64,000 nt of DNA from Patescibacteria group bacterium (lineage in GTDB: Bacteria; Patescibacteriota; UBA1384; XYA2-FULL-43-10; 1-14-0-10-43-13). Shown here piece by piece: positions 37,524 through 44,987 of the stretch; positions within the stretch are counted from its first letter, which is position 1; the number at the start of each line of letters is the position of its first letter. The notes beneath the pieces are model-generated. The model had not been told where the DNA came from, did not search any database, and saw only the letters and a program-made list of their open reading frames with translations. The translations under genes were made by a program, and so were the position numbers. The DNA lies in assembly GCA_041671645.1 (NCBI GenBank), contig JBAZBD010000001.1:735234-799233 (forward strand). Reading direction: 5' to 3'.

Positions 37524-38234
37524 ATGTTTAACCAAAAACAAGCGTTTAGAGAATATCTAAACAGAAGGCAGGACGCAATTGATTCTGAGAAATCACAAGA
37601 TTCGCAAACCAGCAAATTGTTCAATGACAAAAATTTTTATAGCGCATTTACCAAAGACATGCTCAATGCTAAAAAGGAAGTCATCATTTACAGCCCATTT
37701 GTTGCCAAATTCAGAATGGACGAACTGAAACAAACTGTAGAAAAGCTTAGAAAAAGGAATATCGAAATATTCATTTTCACACGACCGACTGACGAGTATG
37801 AGACCATTTTCCAGCCTCAGATTCAGTGTGCACTTAAGCGTTATGGGGAGTTGGGGGTCAGTATTTTTTATCTTGGAGGCTCAATTCATGAAAAAGTAGC
37901 GATAATTGATCGAGAAATTCTTTGGGAAGGAAGCTTGAATATCCTCTCTCAGAGAGCAAGCAAGGAGATGATGAGAAGAACATCCAGCAAGGATTCGGCG
38001 ATGCAGATAATGTTTTATCTGGGATTAAACAAAAAGTTAGCAGAGAGCTACAAGCTTAAATACGAAAGACTGTATCGAAGTTTAATAGACAATTCAGGGC
38101 AAAATTTCAGGCAGAAAATGTACATATTTCTGTTTGGATTTACAATTGCCTTAGTGTTTTGGTGGACTCTCGTTAACTTCAGGGAGATTAAATTATTCTC
38201 CCCCTGGAATTGGCTCGTAATGAGCTTCATTTGA
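37524..38234 (+). CDS. Phospholipase D-like (single HKD motif) protein with C-terminal TM helix
   Basis: HEKVAIID...GSLN matches the H-x-K-x4-D...GSxN motif; 236 aa. Divergent from the XRE regulator. Confidence 0.65.
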   Translation: MFNQKQAFREYLNRRQDAIDSEKSQDSQTSKLFNDKNFYSAFTKDMLNAKKEVIIYSPFVAKFRMDELKQTVEKLRKRNIEIFIFTRPTDEYETIFQPQIQCALKRYGELGVSIFYLGGSIHEKVAIIDREILWEGSLNILSQRASKEMMRRTSSKDSAMQIMFYLGLNKKLAESYKLKYERLYRSLIDNSGQNFRQKMYIFLFGFTIALVFWWTLVNFREIKLFSPWNWLVMSFI

Positions 38235-40211
38235 GTTGCGTCCTGAAACAAATAGATTCTTCGGTTTAAATCCGTAAAGCGCCAAACTGCTGAAGATCAC
38301 TATAATTGAAACTCCGACGTCGGCGAAGATGGCAAAAGCCAAGTTGCTCAACCCTGATAAGGCTAGGATTACAAACAGGAACTTAATTGCCAATGCCAGG
38401 CCGATATTAAATTTGATTGTTTGTCTCACTTTTTTGCCAAGCACTATTAAAAATGGAATCTTGCCAATATTATCATCCATGATTGCAATATCGGCGTTTT
38501 CTATCGCCATATCCGAGCCGACTGACCCAAGTGTGATGCCGACATTTGAAATAGCCAGAGAAGGAGCGTCATTGATGCCATCACCAACCATGGCAACACG
38601 AGAGTATTCCTTTTTCAAATTTTGGACTTGTGTAACTTTATTTTCAGGAAGAAGAGATGAATATACTTTACTAAGGCCAATATTGCTAGCAACATATCGG
38701 GCCGTACTTTCATTATCTCCAGTTAGCATAATAGGAGTAATACCCGCTTGTTTTAGGAAGGAGATTAGTGGCTTGCTCTCGTTCCTGATTGTATCCTCGA
38801 TAGCGATAACGCCCTCGATATGGGTTTTATTGGCTACAATAATTGTAGTCTTGCCTTCTTTTTCAAATTTATCAACTGCTTTTCTTGTCTGTTCGTCAAT
38901 CTTAATTTCATTCTCAACAAATGATAAATTGCCCAGGCAAGATGTTGTCTTGCAAATTGAACAATGGCCGATAATACCCTTGCCGGAAAGCGATTTGAAA
39001 TCAGTAGCTGGCAGCACAGTCACGCCCAGCTCTCGCGCTTTGTCCAGTATTCCTTTAGCCAATGGATGACCCGAATGAATCTCTAGTCCTGCAGCGCAAG
39101 CAAGAATCTCCTTCTCACTGTATCCATTGAATGTCACAATATCAGACACTCGAATTTCGCCAGTCGTCAAAGTTCTAGTCTTATCAAAGGCAATGGCTTT
39201 GATTTTACCGAGCTCCTCTAAATATTTTCCACCTTTAATAAGTATCCCCTGCCTGTTGGCGTTACCAAGAGCAGAGAACACAGCAATCGGAGTAGAGATA
39301 ACCAAGGCACAAGGGCAAGAGATAACAAGCAAACTCAAGGCCTGAATAAACCAAGTATTGAAAGGTAATCCTAGAAAAACCACCGGAATTATTACGATAA
39401 GAGATGCAATAACCATAACTGCCGGAGTATAATATTTTGCAAATCTCTCAATAAACTCCTGGGATTTTGACTTGTTCTTATTTGCACTTGCTGTCATCTC
39501 GATAATTTTGGCGATAGTTGAATCACCTGATTTTTTCATTACCTTTATTTCTAGCGAACCATCAATATTGACTGTGCCGGCATAAACCAGATCATTCATT
39601 CCTTTGGTTTCCGGGATAGGCTCGCCCGTAATGGTTGCTTCGTCGACCAGAGAACTGCCAGATACAATAACACCGTCAAGCGCAATAGTATCACCTGGTT
39701 TAACGATAATAATATCGCCAATATTAATATCCTCGATCGGAGTTTTATCTTCATCGCCCCTTTTTAAAACTGTTTTAGGAGTTTTTTGAATTAATTCCTC
39801 AAGAGCTTTTTTGCTTTTCTTGATTCCAATTTCTTCAAGAGTCTCAGCCAGGGCAAAGAGAACGACAATTGTGACCGCTTCTTCGAATTGTCCAAGATAG
39901 AGAGCGCCAAAAACTGCGATGGTCATCAATAGATTGATACTTGAGAATTTTAGCTTCAAAAGACTTTTGATGCCGCTGACGAAGACATCTCTACCAAAAA
40001 CAATTAGAAGAATGATAGAAATCGGCAGCTCGATAAACAAAGGTATTTTTACTGATAGTAAGGACAAGATCTCCATCGGCACTATGATGGCAATCGAAAT
40101 TAAAAGCAATACGAACTTTTTGTTTTTCCAGATAGAATTGATTTCTTGTGCCTCTTGTTTTCTTGAGCAACAGTCATCGTTGCAATAATTATCGTTTTTT
40201 TGTTTTTGCAT
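38193..40211 (-). CDS. Heavy-metal translocating P1B-type ATPase
   Basis: CPC in TM6 (SCPCALV); phosphorylation site FDKTRTLT; TGDN; GDGINDAP hinge; N-terminal Cys cluster CNDDCC. Confidence 0.85.
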   Translation of the reverse strand: MQKQKNDNYCNDDCCSRKQEAQEINSIWKNKKFVLLLISIAIIVPMEILSLLSVKIPLFIELPISIILLIVFGRDVFVSGIKSLLKLKFSSINLLMTIAVFGALYLGQFEEAVTIVVLFALAETLEEIGIKKSKKALEELIQKTPKTVLKRGDEDKTPIEDINIGDIIIVKPGDTIALDGVIVSGSSLVDEATITGEPIPETKGMNDLVYAGTVNIDGSLEIKVMKKSGDSTIAKIIEMTASANKNKSKSQEFIERFAKYYTPAVMVIASLIVIIPVVFLGLPFNTWFIQALSLLVISCPCALVISTPIAVFSALGNANRQGILIKGGKYLEELGKIKAIAFDKTRTLTTGEIRVSDIVTFNGYSEKEILACAAGLEIHSGHPLAKGILDKARELGVTVLPATDFKSLSGKGIIGHCSICKTTSCLGNLSFVENEIKIDEQTRKAVDKFEKEGKTTIIVANKTHIEGVIAIEDTIRNESKPLISFLKQAGITPIMLTGDNESTARYVASNIGLSKVYSSLLPENKVTQVQNLKKEYSRVAMVGDGINDAPSLAISNVGITLGSVGSDMAIENADIAIMDDNIGKIPFLIVLGKKVRQTIKFNIGLALAIKFLFVILALSGLSNLAFAIFADVGVSIIVIFSSLALYGFKPKNLFVSGRNSNEAHYEPIPGGE

Positions 40212-40221
40212 GCCTCACTCC

Positions 40222-40584
40222 TTATTTCTCAAGACAGTTGTGTTGGACAGCCTTGTCTATTTTAGTTTTTGGTTTTCTTTTAAGTAGTTTATTTAACTTA
40301 GCTTCATTTTCTTTCAATACACCCCTGTTTAGATGGTGAACACTAAAATATCCACGCTTATGCTCGCTTAAAACTCCAGCTTCCTTGAGTTTGCCAAGGT
40401 GATGGGAAACCAAATTTTGGGGGAGATTTAAAGCTTCGCTAATATCACAGACACATTTACAATCATGCGAAAGTAGCGTCAGAATCTTTAATCTGTTCGG
40501 ATCAGCGATAACTTTGAGAAACTTACTGATATTCTCAATCTGACTCAAATCTTCGGTATTTAAGTAATCCATTATTTTATCCAT
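40222..40584 (-). CDS. ArsR/SmtB family metalloregulator
   Basis: HTH with a metal-sensing Cys pair (CKCVCDISEAL) and LVSHHL; directly upstream of the P-type ATPase. Confidence 0.8.
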   Translation of the reverse strand: MDKIMDYLNTEDLSQIENISKFLKVIADPNRLKILTLLSHDCKCVCDISEALNLPQNLVSHHLGKLKEAGVLSEHKRGYFSVHHLNRGVLKENEAKLNKLLKRKPKTKIDKAVQHNCLEK

Positions 40585-40670
40585 ATCAATTTATATTGAT
40601 ATAAATATATCACAAAGAAAGAACTTGCGCAACAATATTATGAGTTTTTGGTTGGGATAGCTTGAATTAG

Positions 40671-40967
40671 TTAATCCCCAAAATCAAAGAGATCACCCAG
40701 AAATCCGCTTCTTTTCTTCTTCTTGTAGCTATCATGACCTTTGTAATATTCATTTTCTTTGCGGCGGTCTTCATGCTGATGGTCATATGATACTCTAGGA
40801 GTCTCGTTCTGCTGGATTCTATTAGATGAATCCTGACTTGATCTCTCTATGATCTTATCTAGCTCTCCTCGATCAAGCCATACTCCGCGGCACTGAGGAC
40901 AATAGTCAATTTCAATCCCCTGGCGATCGCTCATTACTAAATCTATGTTGCATAATGGACATTTCAT
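40671..40967 (-). CDS. Zinc-ribbon protein (CPLC...CPQCRGVWLDRGEL type)
   Basis: Two CxxC pairs and a GxWLDxGEL motif; charged His-rich tail. Confidence 0.55.
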   Translation of the reverse strand: MKCPLCNIDLVMSDRQGIEIDYCPQCRGVWLDRGELDKIIERSSQDSSNRIQQNETPRVSYDHQHEDRRKENEYYKGHDSYKKKKRSGFLGDLFDFGD

Positions 40968-41049
40968 TTTTTAATCCTTTTTAAGTTAATTAGATTGGTT
41001 GCGGTAATATTCTTTATTGTTCTACATTTCTATCCTTTCGACTCAACAT

Positions 41050-41970
41050 TTACTTGACCAACACACCTTTATAGACACGGTAAGGTTTTGGGCCAACCAA
41101 CGTTTTCCCGTTGATAAAAACTGTTGGAGTACCATAAAGATCAGCGTCGCTCATTTGCTCTTTTTGCTTTTCTAACTCTTTCTTCGTTGAATCGCTTGTT
41201 GCACACTCATTAATTGTTTGAGGATTCATCTGGTACTTGGTTGTAAGCTCGTTAAGATATTCAGGCTTGAGCAAATCTTCCTTTTTTGATGCAAACAACT
41301 TGTCATTCAAATCCCAAAATTTGTCAGGATAGTTTTTGCTCGCGCAGTAAGAAAAATTTGTCAAAGTATCATTTGGATCTTTGGTCGGGAAATGAATAAA
41401 GGTTAAACTGCTTTTTTCTTTCTCAACTAGCTTCTTTACGATAGGGTAAGATTTTCGACTATAGTCACAGTTGTAGCAGCCTATAAAAACGATGTTATTT
41501 TTACTCTCTATTTTCTTTGAAGGGAATGCCGTGAGATCAATCTTGCTTTGATCTATACTCTCTGCGGTGTGTTCCTTAGCACTACACGTTTTGTTTTCAG
41601 CGGAAATTTGGTTATTGCCTCCAGTAGGATCAAAGACACAAAATCCGCTTTTGTTTAGGCCATTGCAACTGCCGTATTTGTAATAATTATAGCCGCCCTT
41701 AACAACATAAAATGTGCTTGCTATCATTAACATGAATAAGACAAATGAGAACAGCTCAAAATAGCGGTTTAAAATTTTAGCCATGAACGCAGATTTTGTT
41801 AGCATTCCACCAACTAATTTGCCTTTAACTTTTTCTTTAAAGCCTGTGTTGCAAGGCCTAAAAGTAGCTTTTCTAAAAACACAATCTAGTGCCTCCCTTG
41901 CCAGCTGGCGGTGAGTTGCACTAAAAAGTCCGAGTATAGAAAATACGATTAATGCGATTATACATGCCAT
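41050..41970 (-). CDS. Membrane thiol-disulfide oxidoreductase: N-terminal polytopic domain (VKOR/DsbB-like, tentative) fused to a thioredoxin-fold CxxC domain
   Basis: N-terminal TM helices with loop Cys pairs. C-terminal IGCYNCDY CxxC plus thioredoxin-like ...YGTPTVFING. In an operon with SufS-like and DsbA-like genes. Confidence 0.45.
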   Translation of the reverse strand: MACIIALIVFSILGLFSATHRQLAREALDCVFRKATFRPCNTGFKEKVKGKLVGGMLTKSAFMAKILNRYFELFSFVLFMLMIASTFYVVKGGYNYYKYGSCNGLNKSGFCVFDPTGGNNQISAENKTCSAKEHTAESIDQSKIDLTAFPSKKIESKNNIVFIGCYNCDYSRKSYPIVKKLVEKEKSSLTFIHFPTKDPNDTLTNFSYCASKNYPDKFWDLNDKLFASKKEDLLKPEYLNELTTKYQMNPQTINECATSDSTKKELEKQKEQMSDADLYGTPTVFINGKTLVGPKPYRVYKGVLVK

Positions 41971-43175
41971 TACAAAATCCTTACTATATTTTTAATTTGT
42001 TTAATTAAGGTTTCGGCTTCTGCTAAGGTGTTATAGAAGTATGTTGAAATTCTAATCACGCCTTTGATTTCCTTGTCTGAGAACCACGGATGGACACACA
42101 GCTGACCTGAGCGAATAGCAATATTTCCAGAATTCTCTAATAGTTGAGCGATATAATGCGGATCAGCGCCCTCGATATAAAAGGAGATGATTCCGCTTCT
42201 TTTTTTTGGCTCGGCGGGTCCGATCAACCGTAGGTTTGGCAAATTTATTAAATTCTCTGTTATATATTTATTTAAGATAAGATTTTGCTTCTCGATGTTT
42301 TCCATTCCAATAGAATTTATATAATCAAGCGCCGCCCCAAACCCAAAAATTCCTGAGTAATTCTGTATGCCCGCTTCAAATCTCTGTGGCGACGGGAGAA
42401 GCTCATAATCCGTATAACTTGCGCTGTTTACCGTTCCACCTCCGATCACAGATGAGACAAAGTTTTCAATAATCTCTTTTTTAATATACAGAATACCTAT
42501 TCCTGTCGGCCCCAGCATTTTGTGAGCCGAAAATACTAGAAAATCTACACCTAGTTTTTTGACATCGATTCTTCGGTGGGTAGCTGCCTGTGTAGCGTCT
42601 AGTAATACCAGTGAATTATATTTATGAGCCAGTTCAACTATTTCTTTGACTGGATAGGTTACTCCATCCAGGTTCGAAGTATATACCAAGGAAACAAGTT
42701 TAATGTTTCCTTGGTTTTTTTCTAGTTGTGATTTATAGTCTCCCAAGTCAAATTCACCATTGCTAGCCGTTTTGGTGATCAGATGCTGAATTTTGCTATG
42801 TTTTGCTAATCTTACCCACGGCAGAAAATTGGAGTTGTGCTCTTTATCAGAGGTTAAGACGATATCGCCAGCTTTGAAGTTAAAAGAGTTAGCAACAAAA
42901 TTTATGCCCTCGGTCGCATTTTTTACAAATATCACCTCATTAGAATTATTTGCATTTATAAACTTCGCGGTCTTTTGTCTTACTTTTTCACACTTTTCGC
43001 CCACGACCTGACTCAGCTTGTAGCTGCCTCGATCGCAGAAAGGAAATTCCCTATAAAATTGTGAGACTGCCTCAATTACCGAGTTGGGCTTCAGAGTTGT
43101 GCAAGCATTATCAAAATAGATAAGCTTTGAATCTGACAGTATCGGAAAATCTTGGCGAGTCTTTTCTAGGTTCAT
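41970..43175 (-). CDS. Cysteine desulfurase (class V aminotransferase, SufS/NifS family)
   Basis: PLP-lysine motif FSAHKMLGPTGIG; catalytic Cys region GQLCVHP; 401 aa. Confidence 0.8.
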   Translation of the reverse strand: MNLEKTRQDFPILSDSKLIYFDNACTTLKPNSVIEAVSQFYREFPFCDRGSYKLSQVVGEKCEKVRQKTAKFINANNSNEVIFVKNATEGINFVANSFNFKAGDIVLTSDKEHNSNFLPWVRLAKHSKIQHLITKTASNGEFDLGDYKSQLEKNQGNIKLVSLVYTSNLDGVTYPVKEIVELAHKYNSLVLLDATQAATHRRIDVKKLGVDFLVFSAHKMLGPTGIGILYIKKEIIENFVSSVIGGGTVNSASYTDYELLPSPQRFEAGIQNYSGIFGFGAALDYINSIGMENIEKQNLILNKYITENLINLPNLRLIGPAEPKKRSGIISFYIEGADPHYIAQLLENSGNIAIRSGQLCVHPWFSDKEIKGVIRISTYFYNTLAEAETLIKQIKNIVRIL

Positions 43176-43903
43176 TTTACGTCCTCAAGCAGCGGATTTA
43201 TCTTTGCCTTCATTTGCTCTAGAGATAGAGCGCCTGCAAGCTTTTCAGTCTTTCCTTTGCTATCAATAATAAATGTGCCAGGAGTGCCTGTAACTCCGAC
43301 TTTTTCGCCAGATTCAAGATCAGATTTTACCTTATCCGCAAATTTACCGTCCTTTAGCGCCTTTTTGAATTTATCCATATCAAGGGACAATTCTTCAGCA
43401 TATCTGATTAAATCTTGTTCATTCAGCCCTGTTCCATCTGCCTGAGAATTTGCCGCTAGCTTATCGCTGTACTCCCAAAACTTGCTATGCTCGCCGGCTG
43501 CTTCCGTGGCTTCGGCTGCTTTTTGGGCGGTTTTATGAAAATCAAGTGGGAAATGGCGGTAAACCCAGCGAACTTTGCCCGGATAAAGATCAATAACTTG
43601 CTTCATTGTCTTATGAAATTTTACGCAATACGGGCATTGAAAATCTGAGTATTCTACGAGTGTAATCGGAGAATTTATTTCCCCATAGATCTGGTCTTTA
43701 TCAGTAATCGTAAGTTTTGGTCCGGTCTCATTAACTGATTGCAAAGAATCATTTTCTGCATTTTTAGCATTTGACGATCCATTCTTAGAGATTAAAACGA
43801 CTGCTCCTACAATGACAACAACGATAATTAACAAGAATATATAGATAGCATTATTATTTTTTGAATTCACAAAAGCTCCTTTGTTATTAAGTAATTTAAA
43901 CAA
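43172..43903 (-). CDS. DsbA-like thiol:disulfide oxidoreductase (CPYC), membrane-anchored
   Basis: EYSDFQCPYCVKF active site; paralog of 23991..24650. Confidence 0.7.
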   Translation of the reverse strand: MFKLLNNKGAFVNSKNNNAIYIFLLIIVVVIVGAVVLISKNGSSNAKNAENDSLQSVNETGPKLTITDKDQIYGEINSPITLVEYSDFQCPYCVKFHKTMKQVIDLYPGKVRWVYRHFPLDFHKTAQKAAEATEAAGEHSKFWEYSDKLAANSQADGTGLNEQDLIRYAEELSLDMDKFKKALKDGKFADKVKSDLESGEKVGVTGTPGTFIIDSKGKTEKLAGALSLEQMKAKINPLLEDVK

Positions 43904-43911
43904 ATAGAGAT

Positions 43912-44313
43912 TTAGAGGTAGAGTTTTGGCCTTAACCTGCCGTCAGAAAATGCTTGGAGCAAATAATCGAACAATTTTTGAAAGAAATATTTTCTTGTGT
44001 CTTTAATGTGACTTGGTTTAAGCGTAATGATTATATAAATGGCAGTTAACGGTGAGATTATTGACAGAAAAGATAGTGAGAAAATATCTTTAAAGCTAAC
44101 GTTCCTTAAATTAAATGCTTTTTCACTAAGGTGCTGGCTTAAACTTTCCCCGAGGCAAACTGACCGGCCGCATTGTTGGCTACCGTTATCAGTACAAAGT
44201 CCAGGCACACAATGACTAAGAGATAGAAACAAAAAAATGACCACAGCCAAAACGGCAAGCACCATTAGATATTTAGCAAAACTATCTTTAATAAGTGTGA
44301 TCAACATAACCAT
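43912..44313 (-). CDS. Cys-rich small membrane protein
   Basis: 133 aa, two TM segments; CVPGLC and CGRSVC pairs. Confidence 0.45.
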   Translation of the reverse strand: MVMLITLIKDSFAKYLMVLAVLAVVIFLFLSLSHCVPGLCTDNGSQQCGRSVCLGESLSQHLSEKAFNLRNVSFKDIFSLSFLSIISPLTAIYIIITLKPSHIKDTRKYFFQKLFDYLLQAFSDGRLRPKLYL

Positions 44314-44349
44314 ATTCTATTGTTTTTGGGAGTGCTTGGCAACCAGTAC

Positions 44350-44400
44350 AAAATAAAAAGCGGGCAGGAAGAGGATCTTGAGTGATCCTTCCTGCCCGCG
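44350..44400 (-). terminator. Strong rho-independent terminator (16-bp GC-rich stem) on the minus strand
   Basis: GCGGGCAGGAAGGATC actcaa GATCCTCTTCCTGCCCGC followed by TTTTTATTTT on the minus strand. Confidence 0.7.
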
Positions 44401-44410
44401 GACGAAGCGG

Positions 44411-44524
44411 TCATCTGGCCGCTTTGGGGCTGCAAACGGCTACCAGGAACGCCAGCGCTGGTATTGCCAAGTTGCAGCCGATGAGTGTGGCACTGAACGA
44501 GTTGAGCGTGATCCATTCAATCAT
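44411..44524 (-). CDS. Candidate small hydrophobic peptide, 37 aa (MIEWITLNSFSATLIGCNLAIPALAFLVAVCSPKAAR)
   Basis: Own translation. RBS AGGAAAGGGG 6 nt upstream of ATG. Locally GC-rich (~58%) in an AT-rich region. Immediately followed by the strong terminator. Confidence 0.35.
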   Translation of the reverse strand: MIEWITLNSFSATLIGCNLAIPALAFLVAVCSPKAAR

Positions 44525-44608
44525 CGCCTTGCCCCTTTCCTATAGCGTTAGCTTGATATTAGCACTAGTCGCAAGCAATTAAAAGCGTGAGTACGTTACA
44601 AATTAATT

Positions 44609-44782
44609 TTAGAACTGCTCGATCTTTAATTTTTCATACTCTGCACGAGAAAAAAGTTTACCACATTCTATGTTTCTACACTTGGCAAAAAGACCGGCAC
44701 CTTTACTCAGAGTTGGTGAACTCGAGATGATGCCGGTTTTCGTTACAAACTCGCCACATTTATCGCAAACTTTATATTTCAT
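44609..44782 (-). CDS. Small zinc-ribbon protein, 57 aa (CDKC...CRNIEC)
   Basis: Own translation: MKYKVCDKCGEFVTKTGIISSSPTLSKGAGLFAKCRNIECGKLFSRAEYEKLKIEQF. Confidence 0.35.
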   Translation of the reverse strand: MKYKVCDKCGEFVTKTGIISSSPTLSKGAGLFAKCRNIECGKLFSRAEYEKLKIEQF

Positions 44783-44858
44783 TATTATTTTTTAACAAAT
44801 TAATTCGATTGGCTTATAAAAAATCCCTCTACCAAGAATCCTTTGAGAGAAAAGAACT

Positions 44859-44938
44859 CTTGACAGAGGGATTCGAACCCTCAAGCCTTTCGGCAACTGT
44901 TTTCTAGACAGCAGCGTATACCGTTCCGCCATGCCACC
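44859..44938 (-). pseudogene. Class II tRNA-Ser-like gene (anticodon AGA by position) with a non-pairing 3' acceptor strand; possibly a disrupted tRNA or att-site remnant
   Basis: The minus strand gives a D-arm, an anticodon arm (GCTGT CTAGAAA ACAGT), a long variable arm (GCCGAAAGGC) and a perfect T-arm (GAGGG TTCGAAT CCCTC). The 3' strand TGTCAAG cannot pair with the 5' GGTGGCA, and there is no CCA. Confidence 0.45.
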
Positions 44939-44987
44939 ATTGCACTTAATTTTATATCAGATTAAGCCTAGATTCAAGGATAAAAAC

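Noticed and set aside
44301-44582. ORF-track entries 44301..44516 (-) and 44382..44582 (+)
   Set aside because: They span the terminator hairpin and GC-rich segment in frames lacking an RBS. The 37 aa minus-strand frame with RBS and terminator is a better explanation, and even that is low confidence.
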